DNA of 64,000 bases from Nemertoderma westbladi. Taxonomy: Eukaryota > Animalia > Xenacoelomorpha. Positions 57,056 to 64,000 of the stretch are shown in pieces; the first letter of the stretch is position 1; the number at the start of each line of letters is the position of its first letter. The notes under the pieces are model-generated. The model saw only the letters and a list, made by a program, of their open reading frames with translations. It did no database searches and was not told where the DNA came from. The DNA is taken from contig JAUCBJ010003773.1 of assembly GCA_032718475.1 (NCBI GenBank), forward strand, positions 1 to 64,000, written 5' to 3'. The position numbers were made by a program, and so were the translations under genes.

Positions 57056-57079
57056 CTTGATAAATATTTCAATTCCCAT
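57056..57079 (-). CDS. Gene B first coding exon (MGIEIFIK)
   Basis: Minus strand aataATGGGAATTGAAATATTTATCAAG|gtaag, phase 0. Completes a signal peptide MGIEIFIKFVLLVLLVIQDAFISPIVA and gives 176 aa in total. An acceptor ttttccag at 57113 suggests a further upstream UTR exon. Confidence 0.7.
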
Positions 57080-57466
57080 TATTGTTATTCCGTTAATATT
57101 ATAAATATATTTCTGGAAAATATATAAAAAATTAATTACTCTTTACAACCCAAAAAAATGTAACCCACTACAGTATTACAGACGTTTAATATATTAAACA
57201 AATTAAGATATTTTTCCAATGTATGTATATGTCTGATGATATTTGCAAGTTGTGGAATGTACATTTGCCACCTGCATTGTTATTATTTGTAATGATTATA
57301 GTTGAGCACAATTGCTGCAGATCATTAGTTTTGACAGATGGGGGCGAGGATGTAAATTGCTGACATACAAGATAGCAACAGGTAGTATTTCCAAGTCTAA
57401 TTTTATACCTGTTATAACAAATCAATTGAGATTATCTCATATTGATTTTTCAATTGTATTACCCGC

Positions 57467-57809
57467 TGTAATGACATACATACGGTGGTGGTTTACAAGC
57501 ATATGGCTCGCCCCATATTCAGTCGGTTCCATACATACGGTGGTGGTTCACTAGCATATGGCTCGCCCCATATGTAGATTGTACAGTATTATTATATGGC
57601 TCGCCCCATATACACGCTGGACAGTTGTGATTGGATAGATTTATATACGTTCCATTCTGTTGGGGCTTTTTATATAAAAGCAGGTGCAACTGCTCAGTGT
57701 ACATACTACACAGTACTGAAGTTGCTAGGCATATTATTATATCAGTCTATTCTGTTCTATATGTTTCTGTACGTTATATCTTATTATATCAAGAACTAAG
57801 AACACCACA
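57467..57809 (+). repeat. Putative 5' LTR
   Basis: Begins TGTAATG and ends CA directly before the PBS. Contains TATATAAAAG (~57671) and three copies of atatggctcgccccatat. The left boundary is inferred because there is no second LTR to compare. Confidence 0.6.
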
Positions 57810-57821
57810 TGGCGCTGCGAG
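57810..57821 (+). promoter_or_regulatory. Primer binding site (tRNA-Ser-like)
   Basis: TGGCGCTGCGAG immediately after ...CACA, complementary to a tRNA 3' end CTCGCAGCG-CCA. The G discriminator fits tRNA-Ser. Confidence 0.7.
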
Positions 57822-57862
57822 TGGTCTTCAGAGCTGAACTTCAGAACTAAGCTCCCAATACG

Positions 57863-58387
57863 ATGGCAGATTCCGATGCTTCTTCCGCTGAGGAACCTTG
57901 CTGGTCGGACCTCTCCCCCACCGAGGTCGCGTCGTTGGGTCGTTCAAAACTGATTCAGTATTGCGCTGATGCCAGTATCCCAACGACATCGAAAACATCC
58001 GATGCAACGCTTCGCAAGAAACTCAACGCTCGGATTGCCGATACACCCGCCCGCTTCGAGGAAACCAACGCAGCTACCAGTAGCCAACCCAGCATGGCGC
58101 AACTCCTGGAACTCATGGCGCAGCAACAGGAAAACGCGAACCGCTGTTTGGAAGAGCAGCAACTCCCGGTTCTCCCGATTTCTTTGGCCACGGTTCACGA
58201 GATGAAGTCGGCAACACCCACGGCTGCAGACAGCGCGCCCTCAGCCAGGGACCTCCTCAATTCATTCGGGGACGTTTTCGACGACAAAGCAACCCCCCTA
58301 CCAACTATCCCTGGTACCGCGATGCATATCGTACTCGACGCCTTATCATGTCAAGGGCGCTCGACCCATCGCCATCGCGCTTCGTGA
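57863..58387 (+). pseudogene. Truncated gag N-terminus fused to pre-RT linker
   Basis: ATG about 40 nt after the PBS. About 100 aa of gag-like sequence jumps to RDLLNSFGDVFDD (pre-RT). No CCHC knuckle or D(S/T)G protease motif. Confidence 0.65.
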
Positions 58388-60973
58388 TGAAGTAAAAACT
58401 CTTCTTGATGATCTAGAACGCCGCAATATTATCGAGCGCGTGGAAGAACCCCCGACTGGGCCCATCCGCTTACCATAACTCGCAAGCCAAGAGGAAAACT
58501 GCGCCTCTGCGTGGACTTGCGCGGCCTGAACTCCCAAGTAAAGAGGCCATACTACCCAACACCGAACCCCCGTCTAAAAATCGCCGAAATCTCGCGGACT
58601 GCAAAGTACTTTTCAGTCTTCGACGCCGGATACTGGCAGGTCCCCCTTGACCCTGAGTCCCAGCTGCTGACGACGTTTGTCACGCCATGGGGGCGGTATA
58701 AACACACCCAGAGTGTGATGGGCCTTATCTCTTCCGGAGATGAGTTTAACAGACAGGGCGACGCGGCGCTCGAGGGACTTCCTCGGATGATAAAGATTGT
58801 CGATAACTTCTTACTCTACGATGACACACTAGAGGAACATCTGGTGTCCATCCACCGTTTCCTCGAACGCTGCAGGGAAAAAGGTATTTGCCTGCACCAC
58901 GGTAAAGTGCAGCTCGCCCAATCCCAGGTAAAATTCAGCGGCTACCAGGTCGGAATGGACGGCATCCACGCCGACCCCACAAAACTCTCCGCTATAGCCT
59001 CCTTCCCTCGTCCAGAAACTCTAACCGATCTCCGAAGTTTCATCGGGCTCGTAGAACAACTACGCCCGCTCCTATCGGTGAAATCGCCATACATCTGGAC
59101 AACCGACCACAGTCGCGCATTCGACGCCGCCAAGGCAGCCTTAACTATACCCCCGGTTCTGGCCCCATTCGACGTCTCCGCCGACACTAAGCTCGTAACT
59201 GATGCTTCCCGGCTCAATGGGCTCGGCTACGCCCTTCTCCAGCACCACGGGACAGAGTGGTGCCTTATAGAATGCGGATCTCGGTTTATAACTCCCACAG
59301 AGTCTCGATACGTCATTATTGAATTGGAACTTTTAGCGGTAGTATGGGCCATCCAAAAATGCCGCAACTTCCTCCTTGGGCTCCCCACCTTCTCCCTGGT
59401 CACTGACCATCAACCGCTGGTGGATTAACCGCAAATCGTTCTCGGAAGTGGAAAACGCCTGTATACAATGACTAAAATCCAAGCTGGCGCCATACCAGTT
59501 CACTACCTCCTGGTGCAGGGGTAAATCTCATGCCATTCCCGATGCCCTGTCCCGGTCACCCGTAGCCCAGCCGACACCCGACGACTTCGTAGACGACGGC
59601 GAGACAGCGTACTATCTCCATTCTGTCACCATCGCCACGATTTCGGCCATCTCTGGGGACGACCACATTGCGGATCCTATTCTACAGGACCTCGCCGCAG
59701 TTGCTCGAGCTTACCCCGCCTACATGTATCTTCACGCAGCGATCCTCGCCGGTTTTCCCCCCAGTACCCGCAGCGATCCCGCTGTCGGTGCATACTGGGC
59801 CCTGCGAGAATCCCTCTCCACTGATGCCGACCTCATCCTCTACGGGGAGTGGCTCGTCATCCCCATAGTATGCCGCTCTAACACTTTGGAGCGGCTCTAC
59901 AGTATACCCCTCACCAGGGTGTCAATAAGTCCCTCCGTCGGGCCCGGCTGTGCGTCTATTGGCCAGGCCTGACCAACGACGTACGGACCTCCGTCGCCAA
60001 CTGTCCTTTGTGCCTACGCCACCGCGCTACGCTACCAAAGGAACCCTTCCACGAAGAACCCCTACCGACCCGGATGTTCAAGGACATTTCGGCCGACTTC
60101 TTCCAGTTGAACGGCCGCCACTATCTCGCCCTCGTCGACCGGTATAGCGGGTGGCCAGACCTACACACCTTCTCGGGTCATCCACCCGCCCTCCCAACCA
60201 TCGCCACACTGCGACAATGGTTTACCCGCTACGGAATCCCAATCCGTCTACAGTCAGACGGCGGTACCCCCCTGACCGCCGGCGCTACAACCACCTTCCT
60301 CAACGAGTGGGGCGTCACCCCGGTTACCTCATCCGCGGAATACCCACAGGGTAACGGACACGCGGAAGCAGCCGTGAAGGCACTCAAAGGACTTCTAGAT
60401 AAAACAGGAGGCCGCCCTGACTCACCCGCATTCGCCGAGGGTCTACTAGCCCTCCGGAATAGCCCTCGGGAGACCGGACTTTCTCCCGCGCAGGTGGTGT
60501 ACAGTCACCCCCTGTGGACCCACATTCCCGCCCATCATAGTGCTTTTGCGGCGGATCACCAGGCTACGCGTCGCCGGCTCGACAAAATCGCAACCCCGCT
60601 TCGCGCTGACCGAATCGCCGACTACAGCAAGTCGGCCCGCAATCTCCCACCCCTTGCTGCCCATGACCCCATAGTCATCCAGGACCCCCGCTCACATCGC
60701 TGGGACCGCAAGGGAACCGTGGTAGAGGTTGGACCCAATCGGCGATACACAGTGCGAACCCCCTCTGGCCATACTGTGACGAGAAACCGACGTTTTCTCC
60801 TCGTCGACACCTCCAAACCACTCTCCAGTGCGGCTGAACCACCCACTTTGGGTCCGGACACCTCTATGTCCACTAGTCCCATGACCGCGGCGGACGTCGA
60901 CCCCACCCGGTCACATGGCTTTGCGGGATCCGCTCTAACTCGGCTAATATTAATCGTACGGGGACGAAAGTAG
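58321..60973 (+). pseudogene. Disrupted pol (RT, RNase H, integrase)
   Basis: Split across ORFs 58511..59428, 59724..59972 and 60008..60973 by frameshifts and stops. RT catalytic Asp changed to Asn. Confidence 0.85.
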
Positions 60974-60980
60974 CGCGGTT

Positions 60981-60994
60981 GGAAAGGGGAAGAG
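60981..60994 (+). promoter_or_regulatory. Polypurine tract
   Basis: GGAAAGGGGAAGAG just after the integrase ORF, followed by TG. Confidence 0.6.
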
Positions 60995-62781
60995 TGGTAC
61001 TACCTTCGTATCGAATGGGGGTGAGATATTTATTAATATTTCGGGTGGAAAAAGGGGCCGTAACTTTGTCTGTTTTTTCCATCTTTTTTACATAATTATT
61101 ATTTCCAAAATTTTTAATTCGACAACGCTTGTAGGAATCTGCCAATTCTTTTTCGGAATGGGGGTACAAAAAATATGTAGGCAAAGGGGTCCAAAACGGG
61201 CCAGAAAATGATAAAAAGTTTATAACTAACAACTTTTTTATTTTTGACTCTAGAAGGTTAAAGTACATTTTATACGGTTAATATCGATACGGGGAATCCA
61301 AATATTCGATTGGTTTTTCCGCGCAAACGATAATAAAAAAATGAGGGCCCAAATTAAAATTTCACGCTTCAAACTCGCTTCGCGGGAACTCGTCTAGCTC
61401 GAAAAATACATAAGGTCTGGGAGACTTATTTAAACAGTCTTATAGAGCGTCAAATTATCTATCTTTCAACGGTAGTTACAGCGCCATAGCTATTATATAA
61501 CTGGAGCGGCAGACGATCGTGTGAAATATACTACTTATAAAAAAGGGACGAAAATTTTTTTTTTTAATAAATCGCCATTACATTATAATTTAACTTTTTG
61601 CGCCAAAAGTTCCTGTAAAATGTAGCAAATAAACTGTTAAGTTTTCTTAACATTTATAATTAAAATAACGAGTTTTAAGGGTCGAAAAATATCGCGTAAT
61701 TTTGGCCCTTTTTTTTCATTTTTTTTTGGGGCCAAAAATACCCCCTCTCAAAAGATAGAAAAAAGAATTACGGCAAAGAATATACCAATTTTATTGAATT
61801 TGGAGCACCAGAACCGAAGTTAGAGCGAATTTAGTCAAAAATTAAAAATATTTTTTTGCAAAAAATTAAGAATGGTCAATATTGGGTTTCGTTAACGTGA
61901 TTGATAACCACTAGACTACGTGACCAAGAGAATTTGAAATTTTCGAGTGACTATTTTTAAACATCAATAACTTCGGTTCTACTGGGCCGTTTGATCTGAA
62001 ACTTTTTTCATTGGATAGAGGAAAGATTGTAGTGTGTGAAATAGGATACAACTTGAGAAAAGACGCATGTGCACTTAGTGTAAAGTGCACTTAAAAAGTG
62101 CGCATTTTTTCTATATTTCAAACACTATTATTTCCAGTTCTATTCATCGTAGAATGTAATTTTTTGGATTAAAATGTAGTTTGGAATGCTTTCTAACTAT
62201 AATCTTAACATTTGTTTAACTTTTTATGTCTATAAAGTGACTTAAAATGTCCATGAATATGGTTCAAAATCGCAAATGTCGCGATTTATTAAATTGGATT
62301 TTTGACACTTTTAGTAACTGACACTTGATTATACTTGATGACTGGTCACTTGATGACTGTAGATCGGTAGAGGATAGACATAAGTGTGTTAAATACGAAC
62401 CACCTCTAAGATCCGCTAAAGTGCACTTGTACAAATAAGTGTGCAAAAGTGGGAAATTTTTAATAAGGTCAAATAGTTCAATAAGGTCAAATAGGTCAAT
62501 ACATTGCTTTTTGTGATTTCTAACTGTATTCTTGACATATGTGTAACATGAAAGATAGTCACGAAAATGTACAACAGAAATCAAATATGGCAAAAAACAG
62601 GTGTGATATTAAATTCACTTTGAACAATAAATAGAGATCAAATAACAAATGGACCACAGAATTAAAAACTCACACAATTTTGAACTTATAATATCGCTTC
62701 AAATTAATTTAAAAGTGGATATTTGGAGGAAGGAGGAAGTTAGATGAACTGCATTCTGCATTTATGTGACAGTGTGCATTC

Positions 62782-62830
62782 GGGGGAAGTTTGGTGAACT
62801 GCATTTATGCAGTGAATCCAAACTTCCCCC
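62782..62830. repeat. Short palindrome/hairpin
   Basis: gggggaagtttgg and ccaaacttccccc (13-bp perfect arms) enclose actgcat-tt-atgcagt. Confidence 0.8.
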
Positions 62831-64000
62831 TTTGAGATATCATATACCTAAGACATGCTAGGGTGTCGGGGAAATATTTGTTACTGTCACACTTTGCTTC
62901 CATTTATCCTATCCTATGTTATTACTCCAATCAGATAAGAGATACTAATCAGTAATTTAGAATTCTAAACTATCTTTCATGCAAACAAAATTCTAACTAA
63001 AGACGGGTGAATGACCATGGAAATAATGTAAAATATAACTTATCAAATATTTTGGAAGGCTTCCGAAGTTAAACCCCAAAACAATTATTTCATACATATA
63101 GTAAATAACATTGCATGTTCTTCTTCCTCTCATAATAAAATATAATAATGAAATATATCTGATTACTGTAATATTTCACAACCAAAATGTTTCAGTGTGA
63201 TAAGTGTACCACACGCCCGCCAAAACAGCCGCAAACGCATAGCCAACAAATTTAATAAAAGGTTACATGCATGTTGGGTTCATGACGAGTGAAAATTGAT
63301 CGCGTAATATAAACTAAATTAAACATCGGTCAGGCTCTCCTCCACTTCCTAACCCAATGTAAATATTGTTGTTATAATCTAATATTGGGGCGGCTTTCTC
63401 TCGTTCCCCAGTTGAGAATAGCCTAAGGGCTTCGAAAAGGATAAAGCAGCTTCCGGCTTACCTGATATTGAATATAATCTCTAGCGGTAAATTAATAAAT
63501 TTTAGTTAATTAATTACAAATATAATTATTAATTAAATAGATATCCAACAGTTGGTTTGATTTAACTGATTGGACTTTTGGATCAATTTTTGTAGATATT
63601 AATAATAATTTTCCACCCACGCAGTTGTCCACGATTGGACGCCCATGTCTATAAAGTGATGTGGATAACACATGGCCTGGAGAAATTCCTAGAAATCCCT
63701 ATCTAAGATGATCAATTAATTACCTTAACATTTCCCGTTTTATAGTCCCGGAGCTCAAACTCGGCCTATTGTGCTACTGGATTGAAATAAAAGACAAGAA
63801 TCGGAAATGGAGCGAATCCCTTCAGTTAAACGTTATCTCTCTTATTTACTTCCCTGCTACTGGTAGTTTGATACTTTTGAATAGAACAAAGTACAAAACA
63901 AACAATAACTTATTGTCTTTAATCGCAGATAGAATCAAATCAACGACTACATCTTAAAATTGATCGTGAATTCAGTAAACCATGTGAGTTCAGAGTCCTT

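Larger units (their letters stand above)
57467..60996 (+). mobile_element. Degenerate Ty3/Gypsy LTR retrotransposon (5' LTR, PBS, deleted gag/protease, RT-RNaseH-integrase, PPT; 3' LTR missing)
   Basis: RT motifs (CVDLRGLN, FSVFDA-GYWQVPLD, IVDN in place of YVDD), RNase H (TDAS, ELELLAVVWA, VTDHQPL) and integrase (SADFF, LVDRYSGW, QSDGG, PQGNGHAE) in Gypsy order. GC-rich relative to flanks, with several frameshifts and stops. Confidence 0.9.

Noticed and set aside
56637-57837. ORFs 56637..56933, 57186..57425, 57312..57554, 57596..57799 and 57631..57837
   Set aside because: Low-complexity AT-rich or LTR sequence with no motifs or convincing splice structure.
57944-60906. Short overlapping or antisense ORFs within the Gypsy region
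   Set aside because: Expected by-products of GC-rich pol sequence, with no recognisable motifs.
57863-60973. Domesticated or active retrotransposon gene
   Set aside because: Multiple frameshifts and stops, RT catalytic D to N change, missing protease and missing 3' LTR.

Overview
AT-rich eukaryotic (animal-like) genomic DNA with spliceosomal introns. About 72% of the window (~3641-49737) is one tandem array of a 47-bp unit, roughly 980 copies. The array fills a single ~46.3-kb intron (3430-49726) of a + strand protein-coding gene. I reconstructed this gene by hand as 7 phase-compatible exons (236-482, 1603-1862, 2078-2096, 2730-2932, 3304-3429, 49727-49852, 50334-50378), giving 341 aa with the N-terminus outside the window. 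It carries three (P)W/YG-x-PG-x-GAP-type motifs resembling the CSPP1/CCDC66 ciliary and centrosomal protein motif. The last, degenerate repeat unit overlaps the real splice acceptor and start of exon 6, so the satellite looks like an amplified intron/exon junction. Each unit reads as polypyrimidine-TAG / 15 nt / GT. Downstream are a spliced - strand gene for a small secreted Cys-rich protein (cystine-knot-like, PTTH/Trunk/IL-17-like pattern), two adjacent 5'-truncated RTE-like LINE ends in its intron, a decayed Ty3/Gypsy LTR retrotransposon, a LINE endonuclease relic and several small repeats. All gene models and family calls come from reading the sequence and need RNA-seq or HMM confirmation.
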